From Mobula hypostoma (taxonomy: Eukaryota): a stretch of DNA of 64,000 nt. The notes below the pieces were generated by a model that saw only the letters and a list, made by a program, of their open reading frames with translations, did no database searches and was not told the origin of the DNA. The position numbers and the translations under genes are program-made. Within the stretch, counting starts at the first letter, position 1, and each line of letters starts with the position of its first letter. Positions 1 through 12,400 of the stretch are shown here, one piece after another. The stretch spans positions 206,772,001 to 206,836,000 of the forward strand of contig NC_086097.1 in assembly GCF_963921235.1 (NCBI RefSeq). The letters run 5' to 3'.

Positions 1-551
1 TGATTGGTCAGGGCGTTGAAGGATATGGCGAGAAAGCAGGTGTATGAAATTGAGTGGGATCTGGGATCAGCCATGAAGGAATGGTGGAACAGATTTGATG
101 GGCTGAATGGCATAATTCTGCTCCTATATCTTAATGATCTTAAAGTCTAATTCAGAGGAAAGAGGTGTGACCTCACATTGAAAGCTATCGAATGGTGAAA
201 GGTCTTATTATAGTGCATGTGGAGAGACCTATGATGGGAGAGTCTAAGACCAGAGGGCACAGCCTCAGAATAGAGGCGTGTCCTTTTAGAACAGAGATGC
301 AGAGAAATTTCCTTAACCAAAGAGTGGAGAATCTGTGGAATTCTTTGCCACAGGCAGCAGTGGACGCCAAGTCTTCATGTATATTTAAGGCAGAGGTTGA
401 TGGATTCCTGATTGGTCACGGCATGAAGCGATATGGGGAGTAGGCAGGAGATTGCGGATGAGAGAAAAATTGGATCAGCCGTGATGAAATGTCAGAGCAG
501 ACTTGATGGGCCAAATGGCCTAATTCTACTGCTGTATCTTATGGTCTTATG
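1..551 (+). mobile_element. Two tandem CR1 LINE 3' fragments (ORF2 C-terminus and 3' UTR)
   Basis: ORF 192-443 has the CR1 C-terminal motif TRGHSLRI...NFLNQRVENLWNSLP. Ends in a TCTTATGG repeat tail near 551. 1-140 is a second 3' UTR with the same layout. Confidence 0.85.
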
Positions 552-629
552 ATGAAATGATCTGTATGGATGGCATGAAAACAATGTTTTTCACTGTACC
601 GTAGTACCTGTGACTACAGTAAATCTGCT

Positions 630-990
630 AACCCATTCACCGTTATTGTTGTTGGTATTCATAGACAGTCATACAAAAGGACCCCATGTAAAAAATAATC
701 GCCTCTCGTACAACAAAGTTGAAGTGTTATGATCCATCATGGCTTACCAGAAGAATTAGTCTTGGACAATAAGCTTCAATGTTACTGATTTCTTTTATAA
801 CACTTTATGAAACGAATGACATTAATTACATGCTTACTTGATAACATCATTCAGCATCAGATGACCTGGTAGAGACATCAGTGAACATTGGCAGTGAAAT
901 ACAGAAAAAACAAATATTTAAGTACACTTGACACTAACAATGAGCTATCAATTAGGAAACTTTCTGCTGAACTACAAACACAGCACAATG
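630..990 (+). mobile_element. Degenerate Ty3/Gypsy integrase fragment
   Basis: Manual translation gives LLLLVFIDSHTK, HGLPEELVLDN and HHSASDDLVE, decayed forms of the rve motifs (VVDAHSK, GLPEELVSDNG, HPASNGLAE). Confidence 0.6.
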
Positions 991-1223
991 AACTTAAAGA
1001 TTAGCTTTATTTGTTACATGTACATTGAAACATCAAAGCATACGGTGAAACTTGTCGTTTGCATCAACAACTAATACAGTCTAAGAATGGCAGCCTAGGG
1101 GCAGCCCACAAATATCACCATGCCTCTGGTGTCAACATAACATACCCACAACTTACTATTCTGTACATCTTTGGAATGTGGGACAAAACTGTAGGAAACC
1201 CATGTGGTACTGGGGAGAATCTA

Positions 1224-1565
1224 CAATATTGTGCAAAAAACTTAATCGCATTTAAATTGCTAGGGTGCCTAAGACTTTTGCACAATGCTGTCTTAATTGT
1301 ATGTATTGCACCGCATTGCTACCACACAAAGAAACAACAGATTTCATGACATATGCGAGTGATGAAAAATCTGATTCTGATGTGGGTCTCTATTGTGGAA
1401 GGGGACAGACAGAGGGGAATAGTGGTTTGGAAAAGAGGAAGGGAGAGGGGAGGGTGCGTGAAGCACCACAGTGACATTCTGTAATGATGAATAAACTAGT
1501 TGTTTGGAATCGAATAACCTTGCCTGGTGTCTCAGGGCCGGGTGTGTCTGCTGCCTCCTCCACAA
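1224..1565 (+). mobile_element. Composite Tc1-type miniature element (partial copy)
   Basis: TA followed by CAATATTGTGCAAAA...GACTTTTGCACAATGCTG mini inverted-repeat unit (1224-1290). The sequence after it is homologous to the reverse complement of 43790-44165. Confidence 0.6.
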
Positions 1566-2669
1566 CTAATTTAAATGGACTTTTCATTGCTAATTTAATA
1601 AATTCAGCAAAACATTGTGGGACAAAAAGCTTGTTCCTGTGCTGTGCTGTTCATTGTTATAAAGGGCATAAAGTTAAGATGAGAAGGGAAAAATTTGAAG
1701 GAGATCTGTGAAGTAATTTTTAGACAGAGAGTGGCAGGTACCCAGAAGGCACTGCCGGGAGAGATGGTGAAACCAGATATGACATAAGGATGTGCCACAC
1801 CCAGCTTTAGGTGTGGTGTTTGTTAATGCAAGCTGTACACTTCACTCTATATTTCAATGTACATGTGATAAATAAATGAATGTGAATCTGACAGCAATAG
1901 TTAAGAGGCATTTAGACAGAGACATGAACCAGCAGGACATCATTGCAGCATGGGCATGATGGGACAAGGGGACTGCTCCTTATTCCTATATCTACACCCT
2001 TCTCACATAGCCTCAACTATCATTGTGCCACACCTTAATCCATACAGTATGTATTCAGTGATTTGCTTACCAAACTAGTAAACAAGTCCAAGACTATCAG
2101 GAAAATTGAGTTCAGATCCCCCCTGAGAAGCTGTACAAATTAAATAAGGTTAATAGATTGAAATTCTTAAAGTAATAATAACCATGAAACTGTGTATTGT
2201 TGTTGAAAATTATCTTGTCATTTTTTTTTACTCAAAGGAGCAGATTTGGCAGGCATACCTAGCTTAGTCTATCCTGATTTCATGTTGACTTTGAAATTGT
2301 CTAGAAACCCATTCAGTTGTATTTTAAATGCTATGTTAAATCAGGAAATGTAAAGATCTGGATGGAGTAATTAGCATTGACCGTTTCACTGAATTTAGGG
2401 ATATGAAAGTGGCTCCCAGCATAGTAGTCGTATAAGATTCTCTTCATGAATTTCTTGGAACTAGTTGCTGAACTGGGTTAATGGGCATGTGAAGAAAAAT
2501 ACAAACGGGATCAGTGAAGTTGGAATTTTATTGTCAACATGGAGTTAATGGGGAAAAAAAGACTTGCAGCAGTCCTATATGACACTAAAACTCAATGGTG
2601 AGGCATGACTTTCATATTTTGTTTCAAAGGAATGGTATGGTCATCATCATGAAGATAAGCCTGATGGTT

Positions 2670-5609
2670 TGAGATGTGTCTATTTTAATGCAAGGAGCAT
2701 TATGAACAAAACAGATGAGCTTAGAGCATGGTTCAGTACTTGGAGCTATGATGGTATGGCTATTACAGAGACTTGGATGGCTCAGGGGCAGTAATGGTTA
2801 TTTCGAGAGCCAGGCTTTAGATGTTTCTGAAAGGACAGGGAGGGAGGCAAAAGAGGTAGAGGCATGGCACTGTTGATCAGTGGTAGTGTCACGGCTGCAG
2901 AAAAGGAGGAAGACATACAGGAATTGTCTACGGAGTCTTTGGGAGAGGAAGGGGTCAGTAACTCTACAGGATGTTTTTTATAGACTACCCAATAGTAACA
3001 GGGATATTGAGGAGCAGATAGGGAGATAGATTCTGGAAAGGTGTAATAATAACATGGTTGTTGTGGTGGGAGATTTTAATTTCCCAAATATCATAGAAAC
3101 ATAGAAACATAGAAAATAGGTGCAGGAGTAGGCCATTCGGCCCTTCGAGCCTGCACCGCCATTTATTATGATCATGGCTGATTGGCATGTCCCAGAGCAA
3201 GGGGCTTAGATGGGGTAAAGTTTGTTAGGTGTATTCAGGAAGGTTTCTTTACACAATATGTAGATAAGTCTACAAGAGTAGAGGCTGTACTTGATCTGGT
3301 ATTGGGAAATGAACCTGGTCAGGTGTCAGATCTCCCAGTGGGACAGCATTTTGGAGATAGTGATCACAATTCCATTTTCTTCACCATAGCATTGGAGAGG
3401 GATAGGAACAGACAAATGAGGAAAGCGTTTAATTGGAGTAAGGGGAAATATGAGGCTATCAGGCAGGAACTTGGAAGCATAAATTGGGAACAGATGTTCT
3501 CAGGGAAATGTACTGAAGAAACGTGGCAAACGTTCAGTGGATATTTGCGTGGAGTTCTGCATAGGTACATTCCAATGAGACAGGGAAAGGATGGGAGGGT
3601 ACAGGCACTGTGGTGTACAAAAGCTGTTGTAAATATAGTCAAGAAGAAAAGAAGAGCTTATGAAAGGTTCAAAAAACTAGGCAATGATAGAGATCTAGAA
3701 AATTATAAGGCTAGCAGGAAGGACCCATGAAAGAAATTAGGAAAGCCAGAAGGGGCCATGACAAGGCCTTTGCGGACAGGATTATGGAAAATCCCAGGGC
3801 ATTCTACAAGTATGTGAAGAGCAAGAGGATAAGACATGAGAGAATGCTACTAATCAAGTGTGACAGTGAAAAAGTGTGTATGGAACCGGAGGAGATGGCA
3901 GAGGTACTTAATGAATACTTTGCTTCATTATTCACTACAGAAAAGGATCTTGGCAATTGTAGAGATGAGTTACAGTGGACTAAAAAGCTTGAGCATGTAG
4001 ATATTATGAAAGAGGATGTGCTGGAGCTTTCGGAAAGCATCATGTTGGACTGGATGAGATGTACCCCAGGCTACTGTGGGAGGCGAGGGAGAAGATTGCT
4101 GAGCCTCTGGCGATGATCTTTGCATCATCAATGGGGACGGGAGAGGTTCCAGAGGATTGGAGGGTTGTGGATGTTGTTCTATTATTCAAGAAAGGGAGTA
4201 GATATAGCCCAGGAAATTATAGACCAGTGCGTCTTACTTCAGTGGTTGGTAAGCTGATGGAAAAGATCCTGAGAGGCAGGATTTATGACCTTTTGGAGAG
4301 GTATAATATGATTAGGAATAGTCAGCATGGCCTTGTCAAGGACAGGTCGTGCCTTACAAGCCTGATTGAATTTTTTGAACGTGTGACTAAACACATTGAT
4401 GAATGAAGAGCAGTAGATGTAGTATATATGGATTTCAGCAAGGAATTTGATAAGGTACCCCATGCAAGGCTTATTGAGAAAGTGAGGAGGCATGGGGTCC
4501 AAGGGGACATTGCTTTGTGGATCCAGAACTGGCTTGCCCACAGAAGGCAAAGAGTGGTTGTAGATGGGTCATATTCTGCAGGGAGGTCGGTGACCAGTGG
4601 TGTGCCTCAGGGATCTGTCTGGGACCCATACACTTCATGATTTTTATAAATAACCTGAATGAGGAAGTGGAGGGAGGGGTTAGTAAGTTTGCTGATAACA
4701 CAAAGGTTGGAGATGTTGTGGATAGTGTGGAGGGTTGTCAGAGGTTACAGCGGGACATTGATAAGATGCAAAAGTGGGCTGAGAAGTGGCAGATGGAGTT
4801 CAACCCAGATAAGAATAAAGTGGTTCATTTTGGTAGGTCAAATATGATGGCAAAATATAGTCTTAACATTAAGAATCTTGTCAGTGTGGAGGATCTGAGG
4901 GATCTTGGGGTCTGAGTCCATAGGACACTCAAAGCTGCTGTGCAGGTTGACTCTGTGGTTAAGAAAGCATACGGTGCATTGGCCTTCATCAATCGTGAGA
5001 TTGAGTTTAAGAGCCGAGAGGTAATGTTGCAGCTGTATATCACCCTGATCAGACCCCATTTGGAGTACTGTGCTCAGTTCTTGTTGCCTCACTACAGGAA
5101 GGATGTGGAAACCATAGAAAGGGTGCATAGGAGATTTACAAGGATATTGTTTGGATTGGGGAGCATGCCTTATGAGGATAGGTTGAGTGAACTTGGCCTG
5201 CCTGTTTTCCTTGGAGCGACGGGGGATGAGAGGTGACCTGATAAAAGTTTATAAGATGATGAGAGACATTGATTGTTTGGATAGTCAGAGACTTTTTCCC
5301 AGGGCTGAAATGCCTAACATGAGAGGGCACAGTGTTAAGGTGATTTGAAGTAGGTACAGAGGAGATGTCGCGGCTAAGTTTTTTACGCAGAGACTGGTGA
5401 GCATGTGGAATGGGCTGCCGGCATTGGGGGTAGAGGTGGATACGATAGGGTCTTTTAAATGACTCCTGGACAGGTACATGGAGCTCAAAAAAATCGAGGG
5501 CTATGTGTAACCCTAGGTAATTTCTCTGGTAAAGACATGTTCGGCACAGTTTTGTGGGTCAAAGGGCCTGTATTGTTCTGTAGTTTTTCTATGTTTCTAA
5601 GTTTCTAAG
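2670..5609 (+). mobile_element. CR1 LINE, ORF2 (APE endonuclease + RT) with frameshifts and stops
   Basis: CVYFNARSI start, LDLVL..SDH endonuclease motifs, PGNYRPV, QHG, DFSKEFDKVPH, GVPQGSV, KFADNTK, RPHLEYC. TTTCTA(T/A)G repeat tail. Confidence 0.93.
3092..3182 (-). mobile_element. Short 3' end of a younger CR1 family inserted antisense into the older CR1
   Basis: Nearly the reverse complement of 12315-12400, including the (TTTCTATG)n tail. Splits the host endonuclease between FNFPN and DW. Confidence 0.85.
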
Positions 5610-7118
5610 TCCTTTTCAAATTCTAGGTTATTCTTGAACTCTAGAACCTGAGGCTGAACCAAATCTTTTGTTGATGTTTGCTAGATGAATATTCTTATAC
5701 TGTGTTCTGTGTTTCAATCACGTTAAATTGTCCAACATTATTGATCAAGAGAGTTATTTATATATATGGTGCAGCCTTTATAGCAACACAACCTGTCAAA
5801 AGATAATGCATTACTTCACAGTTATTAGTAAGCCGTACTGATCATCACAGCAGTTTCCAAAACCTATGTAGAAATATATTTGGCTTCTTAGCTAATCAAT
5901 ACGTTGTTATTTTTAACAAGTTTCCTTTCACTAACTACCATACAGAACAGAAGTGGAAATGTAATTACAATGAAACATTAAACTGACTTAAAATATTTTA
6001 AATTGTCAAAACAAATGATATCACAACATAGGTTGACATAATTCTATTTTTTCTTCTGTTTATATGCAAAGGAGTTTGTATAATTTGTGAACTAACCTTT
6101 GTAAGTGTCCAATCTTCTGTTAAAATGTTGTAAACAATAGCAGTGTACCAATTTATTATACATATGTAACCAGGTGACTGTTGAATATCATTTTTTATTT
6201 AAAAATTCACCCTGGTAAATCTAAAATGGCTGCCTGTATCTTTAAGAGAAAATAGTGACGTTATTATGCACATGTGGAGTAGAAAGAAGAGTTGCAAAGT
6301 TATAGAAAGGGTGTTGAACGCTAGTCGTATGGTGAAGAAAGGTGAATAATCTCTGATAATATCCATGTAAATCTGTTTAGAATATCGGTAATTTGACATA
6401 CTGTATTTTACATATGGATGCTTTAATTTTTCGTGAGTAAGGTATTGGCAATAGATAGCTTGGTTGTGTGAAGTTCCTTATTGGCCAGGTAGGTTAGTCA
6501 TTTCAGTAATTTAAACTTCAAGGCGATATATTGTAAAAGTTGATTTTTGTCTTTCTTTAATACGTCCTGACCGAATGTGAATGTAACAGAGTAATGTGAA
6601 TGTGTTAATCTCACATTAACACATGAGATTAACATATGTTTTGTCCGGATGAGTGAGGCGAACTCTTTTCAGGGTTTAACCTATATGTGTTTGAATGTTA
6701 AGCACATGTGTGCCAAAGTGAATATATCTCTTAGTAAAGATGAGATGTATTTATTCATATTTTTGATGTTGTGTTTAAGGTACAGGGTTGGTGGGATTCT
6801 AATATTGTTTGTACTGTTTTTTTTTAGAATTGCCACTACCGTATTGGTTTTGTATATTTTATTTTATGTATTTTCATATGAGTGAATGAACCTGGATAGG
6901 TCAGAAAGAAGCCTAGGTGGTATTATATACTGGATTTTGCAGTTCCATTAACAGCAAAGTTAAGAGTATTTAGTATTAACTGTGAAATTGAGGGACATTT
7001 GAAGAATTCCCCAAATGTCTGATTTTTTAATGTGGCAGTCTCAAAGCCTCCGCTGTTGATTCGACACCCTGCCACAAACACTCCTTTTAAAAGTTAAAAT
7101 TTATCAAGACACTGTGAA

Positions 7119-7428
7119 GGGCACCATGGTAGCAGAATGGTTGGCACGGCATTATTACAGCTTGGGACATCAGAGTTCAGAGCTCTATTCCAATGTCATT
7201 TGTAAGGAGTCTTTATGTCCTCCCCGTGGACTGCATGGGTTTTCTCTGAGTGCTCCGATTTTCTCCTACAGTCCAAAGACATAATAGTCAGTAGGTTAAT
7301 TGGTCACTGTAAATTGTCCTGTGATTAGGCTGGGGTTAAATTGGGGGGTGCTGGATGGTGTGACTTGAGGACTGGAAGAGCCTATTCTGTGCAGTATCTC
7401 AATAAATATATATAAATAAATAAATAAA
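7119..7428 (+). mobile_element. V-SINE-type SINE
   Basis: Central V-domain-like block TGCTCCG..TCTCCTACAGTCCAAAGAC...TAATTGGTCACTGTAAATTGTCC and (AATA)n tail. Homologous copies at 24356 and 60376. Confidence 0.75.
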
Positions 7429-7735
7429 CTACAGTTTATTGCCTCAGATCAGCAAGCTTCACTCACCACCAGATCTTGTAACACTGAGGAGAATGAAAAA
7501 CGCCTGTTCTTACGTAACAGAAGAAGACAAATGGAAAATACAACAAATGACTTTGAGGTATCAGATTATATATGAATTTTCACTGTAAAGAGACACTGTA
7601 ATTGTTCATAAAATTTAAATATCTACATATTTGCTTTTCTCAGTTTAAGTTGCTTATTAATTTAAAACAATTTTTGAAAATCTTCTTCAAATAACTTGAT
7701 TTTTCAGATGTAAATAGCTCACTAATTCAAATTGA

Positions 7736-8630
7736 ATTACATCTGGTTGAGATGGCGCCAGCACACAACACTCCCTCCAGATGGCTCACGAAAATGTCTT
7801 TTTTTTATTTCTCTTACATCTATTTTTCACATTGAATGTGTATCTGGGACTGTTAGAGGCTGTGATTTACAGTTTGGAGATCATTTAAGTGACCCAGTGC
7901 TTTGCTGTCTCTGAGAAGATTCCGGGAAGTGCATACTTGGACAGCATTGATGTGAAGAATCTTCGAGATGGGATGCGAGCCTACCTTCGACTCCATTTTG
8001 CCAGTTCAAACATCTGTTAATCTCCAGTTGAAGTGCTGAGGAAGATTGAGACATTGAGGGGAATGCATATGGCGAGTGAGAGATCAGTGCGGACTGCTTT
8101 CCTTTTGATTGCTGCTGAGAAGGAGCCTGTGAGTGGCCTATCTCTGTGTTGCTTGCTGTGGCAGGTGGGTAGTCGTCAGCGTTCATGTGATGTCCCTCTC
8201 TTTCGATGAACTTTGGCGGAGGATGGTATCATGGTTCTGCATTTATGGATTGAACTATTGCGTTTATCACTGTGGACTTCAGAGTTTTTTATTCTGTGCT
8301 TTTTAAAAAAGTCACCCGTTCCTTTTACATTTTGTTGTGCAATTGGGGGTTTGGGGGTTGATATTCAGTTGTGTTCTGTTAGATATTTGTGTGGAGGAGG
8401 GGTGATTTTTGCGGGTTGATGTTCTTCTTCTATTTTGTACAGGGGAGTGGGGTTTTTGGGGTGGGAACGTTGACGATTGGAATGCCATTCTTTTTTGTGG
8501 CGGGGGTTTGATATTTCCTCTCAGAACAACTTTCATGTTCTTTCCTTGTGACTTGGCTATCTGGAGAAGACAAATTTCACAGTTGTATAAGGATATGTGC
8601 TTTGATAATAAATGAACCTTTGAACCTTTG
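7736..8630 (+). mobile_element. Non-autonomous retroposon with 7-bp TSD
   Basis: AAATTGA at 7729-7735 and 8631-8637. AATAAA at 8607-8612 is followed by a (TGAACCTT)2 tail. No credible ORF. Confidence 0.7.
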
Positions 8631-8738
8631 AAATTGACTTTATGAAATAAGTCCACAAAGAGAAAAATGCAGAAGAGACAGGTCCTATTAGGTAAGGTAT
8701 TCTGGAAATAATTTCACCCTTCTGAAAAAAATGAATAG

Positions 8739-9299
8739 ATGAATACAGAGTCTGGCCCTGTAGCTCAGAAGGGTAGGGCAAGGAAGAGGAGGGCAGTTGT
8801 GATAGGGGACTCGATAGTAAGGGGGTCAGATAGGCGATTCTGTGGACGCAGTCCAGAGACCCGGATGGTAGTTTGCCTCCCTGGTGCCAGGGTCCGGGAT
8901 ATCTCTGATCGTGTCCAAGATATCCTGAAGTGGGAGGGTGAGGAGCCAGAGGTCGTGGTACATATAGGTACCAATGACATAGGTAGGAAAAGAGATGAGG
9001 TCCTGAAAGGAGAATATAGGGAGCTAGGAAGGGAGTTGAGAAAAAGGACCGCAAAGGTAGTAATCTCGGGATTACTGCCTGTGCCACGCAACAGTGAGAG
9101 TAGGAATGCGATGAGGTGGAGGATAAATGCGTGGCTGAGGGATTGGAGCAGGGGGCAGGGATTCAAGTTTTTGGATCATTGGGACCTCTTTTGGCGCAGG
9201 CGTGACCTGTACAAAAAGGACGGGTTACACTTGAATCCTAGGGGGACCAATATCCTGGCAGGGAGATTAGCGAGGGCTACTGAGGTGACTTTAAACTAG
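8739..9299 (+). CDS. CR1 ORF1p C-terminal SGNH/GDSL esterase domain
   Basis: Blocks GDSIVR, LPGA, HIGTND and DGLHLN are typical of CR1 ORF1 esterase. Confidence 0.88.
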   Translation: MNTESGPVAQKGRARKRRAVVIGDSIVRGSDRRFCGRSPETRMVVCLPGARVRDISDRVQDILKWEGEEPEVVVHIGTNDIGRKRDEVLKGEYRELGRELRKRTAKVVISGLLPVPRNSESRNAMRWRINAWLRDWSRGQGFKFLDHWDLFWRRRDLYKKDGLHLNPRGTNILAGRLARATEVTLN

Positions 9300-12200
9300 A
9301 ATGGTTGGGATGTGGGAATCAAGTTAAACAGGCTAGGCGAGAGGAGGTTAGTTCACAACAGGGGGATGGGAACCAGTGCAGAGAGACAAAGGGGTGTAAA
9401 GTGAGGGTAGAAGCAAAAAGTACTAAGGAGAAAAGTAAAAGTGGCAGGCCGACAAATCCAGGGCAAGCATTAAAAAGGGCCACTTTTCAACATAATTGTA
9501 TAAGGGCTAAGAGAGTTGTAAAAGAGCGCCTGAAGGCTTTGTGTGTCAATGCAAGGAGCATTCGTAATAAGGTGGATGAATTGAAAGTGCAGATTGTTAT
9601 TAATGATTATGATATAGTTGGGATCACAGAGACATGGCTCTAGGGTGACCAGAGATGGGAGCTCAACGTTCAGGGATATTCAATATTCAGGAGGGATAGA
9701 CATGAAGGAAGGGGAGGTGGGGTGGCGTTGCTGGTTAAAGAAGAGATTAACGCAATAGAAAGGAAGGACATAAGCCGGGAGGATGTGGAATCGATATGGG
9801 TAGAGCTGCGTAACACTAAGGAGCAGAAGACGCTGGTGGGAGTTGTGTACAGGCCACCTAACAGTAGTAGTGAGGTAGGAGATGGTATTAAACAGGAAAT
9901 TAGAAATGTGTGCAATAAAGGAACAGCAGTTATAATGGGTGACTTCAATCTACATGTAGATTGGGTGAACCAAATTGGTAAAGGTGCTGAGGAAGAGGAT
10001 TTCTTGGAATATATGCAGGATGGCTTTTTGAACCAACATGTCGAGGAACCGACTAGAGAGCAGGCTATTCTGGACTGGGTTTTGAGCAATGAGGAAGGGT
10101 TAATTAGCAATCTTGTCGTGAGAGGCCCCTTGGGTAAGAGTGACCATAATATGGTGGAATTCTTCATTAAGATGGAGAGTGACATAGTTAATTCAGAAAC
10201 AAAGGTTCTGAACTTAAAGAGGGGTAACTTTGAAGGTATGAGACGTGAATTAGCTAAGATAGACTGGCAAATGACACTTAAAGGATTGACGGTGGATATG
10301 CAATGGCAAGCATTTAAAGTTTGCATGGATGAACTACAACAATTGTTCATCCCAGTTTGGCAAAAAAATAAATCAAGGAAGGTAGTGCACCCGTGGCTGA
10401 CAAGAGAAATTAGGGATAGTATCAATTCCAAAGAAGAAGCATACAAATTAGCCAGAGAAAGTGGCTCACCTGACGACTGGGAGAAATTCAGAGTTCAGCA
10501 GAGGAGGACAAAGGGCTTAATTAGGAAGGGGAAAAAAGATTATGAGAGAAAACTGGCAGGGAACATAAAAACTGACTGTAAAAGCTTTTATAGATATGTA
10601 AAAAGGAAAAGACTGGTAAAGACAAATGTAGGTCCCCTACAGACAGAAACAGGTGAATTGATTATTGGGAGCAAGGACATGGCAGACCAATTGAATAATT
10701 ACTTTGGTTCTGTCTTCACTACGGAGGACATAAATAATCTTCCAGTAATAGTAGGGGACAGAGGGTCCAGTGAGATGGAGGAACTGAGCGAAATACATGT
10801 TAGTAGGGAAGTGGTGTTAGGTAAATTGAAGGGATTGAAGGCAGATAAATCCCCAGGGCCAGATGGTCTGCATCCCAGAGTGCTTAAGGAAGTAGCCCAA
10901 GAAATAGTGGATGCATTAGTGATAATTTTTCAAAACTCGTTAGATTCTGGACTAGTTCCTGAGGATTGGAGGGTGGCTAATGTAACCCCACTTTTTAAAA
11001 AAGGAGGGAGAGAGAAACCGAGGAATTATAGACCGGTTAGCCTAACGTTGGTGGTGGGGACACTGCTGGAGTCAGTTATCAAAGATGTGATAACAGCACA
11101 TTTGGAAAGCGGTGAAATCATCGGACAAAGTCAGCATGGATTTGTGAAAGGAAAATCATGTCTGGCGAATCTCATAGAATTTTTTGAGGATGTAACTAGT
11201 AGAGTGGATAGGGGAGAACCAGTGGATGTGGTATATTTGGATTTTCAGAAGGCTTTTGACAAGGTCCCACACAGGAGATTAGTGTGCAAACTTAAAGCAC
11301 ACGGTATTGGGGGTAAGGTATTGATGTGGATGGAGAATTGGTTAGCAGACAGGAAGCAAAGAGTGGGAATAAACGGGACCTTTTCAGAATAGCAGGCGGT
11401 GACTAGTGGGGTACCGCAAGGCTCAGTGCTGGGACCCCAGTTGTTTACAATATATATTAATGACTTGGATGAGGGAATTAAATGCAGCATCTCCAAGTTT
11501 GCGGATGACACGAAGCTGGGTGGCAGTGTTAGCTGTGAGGAGGATGCTAAGAGGATGCAGAGTGACTTGGATAGGTTGGGTGAGTGGACAAATTCATGGC
11601 AGATGCAATTTAATGTGGATAAATGTGAAGTTATCCACTTTAGTGGAAAAAATAGGAAAACAGATTATTATCTGAATGGTGGCCGATTAGGAAAAGGGGA
11701 GGTGCAACGAGACCTGGGTGTCATTATACACCAGTCATTGAAAGTGGGCATGCAGGTACAGCAGGCGGTGAAAAAGGCGAATGGTATGCTGGCATTTATA
11801 GCGAGAGGATTCGAGTACAGGAGCAAGGAGGTAATACTGCAGTTGTATAAGGCCTTGGTGAGACCACACCTGGAGTATTGTGTGCAGTTTTGGTCCCCTA
11901 ATCTGAGGAAAGACATCACTGCCATAGAGGGAGTACAAAGAAGGTTCACCAGATTGATTCCTGGGATGGCAGGACTTTCATATGAAGAAAGACTGGATGA
12001 ACTAGGCTTGTACTCGTTGGAATTTAGAAGATTGAGGGGGGGATCTGATTGAAACGTATAAAATCCTAAAGGGATTGGAAAGGCTAGATGCAGGAAGATT
12101 GTTCCCGATGTTGGGTAAGTCCAGATCAAGGGGTCACAGTTTGAGGATAAAGGGGAAGCCTTTTAGGACTGAGATTAGGAAAAACTTCTTCACACAGAGA

Positions 12201-12400
12201 GTGGTGAATCTGTGGAATTCTCTGCCACAGGAAATAGTTGAGGCCAGTTCATTGGCTATATTTAAGAGGGAGTTAGATATGGAGGGAAGGCTGGGGCGGG
12301 GTTCTGAGTTGGATGATCAGCCATGATCATAATAAATGGCAGTGCAGGCTCGAAGGGCCGAATGGCCTACTCCTGCACCTATTTTCTATGTTTCTATGTT
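8745..12400 (+). mobile_element. Young 5'-truncated CR1 LINE (ORF1 esterase + nearly intact ORF2)
   Basis: Continuous ORF1-ORF2 homology with few lesions. 3' UTR ends in (TTTCTATG)n. Confidence 0.96.
9305..12326 (+). pseudogene. CR1 ORF2p (endonuclease-RT), disrupted
   Basis: In-frame TAG at 9641-9643 and 11390-11392, and a frameshift at the G-run near 12040. NARS, GDFN, SDH, QGSVLGP and FADD motifs intact. Confidence 0.92.

Noticed and set aside
6165..7000. Possible mitochondrial control-region insertion (NUMT)
   Set aside because: No recognisable CSB blocks, mt-tRNA or adjacent mitochondrial gene.
8739..9299. Bacterial-like SGNH hydrolase suggesting horizontal transfer
   Set aside because: It is the known esterase domain of CR1 ORF1 and recurs ahead of ORF2 in other copies here.
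9670..10446. 258-aa minus-strand ORF and similar antisense ORFs over CR1 copies
   Set aside because: Shadow frames of CR1 ORF2 with no independent motifs.
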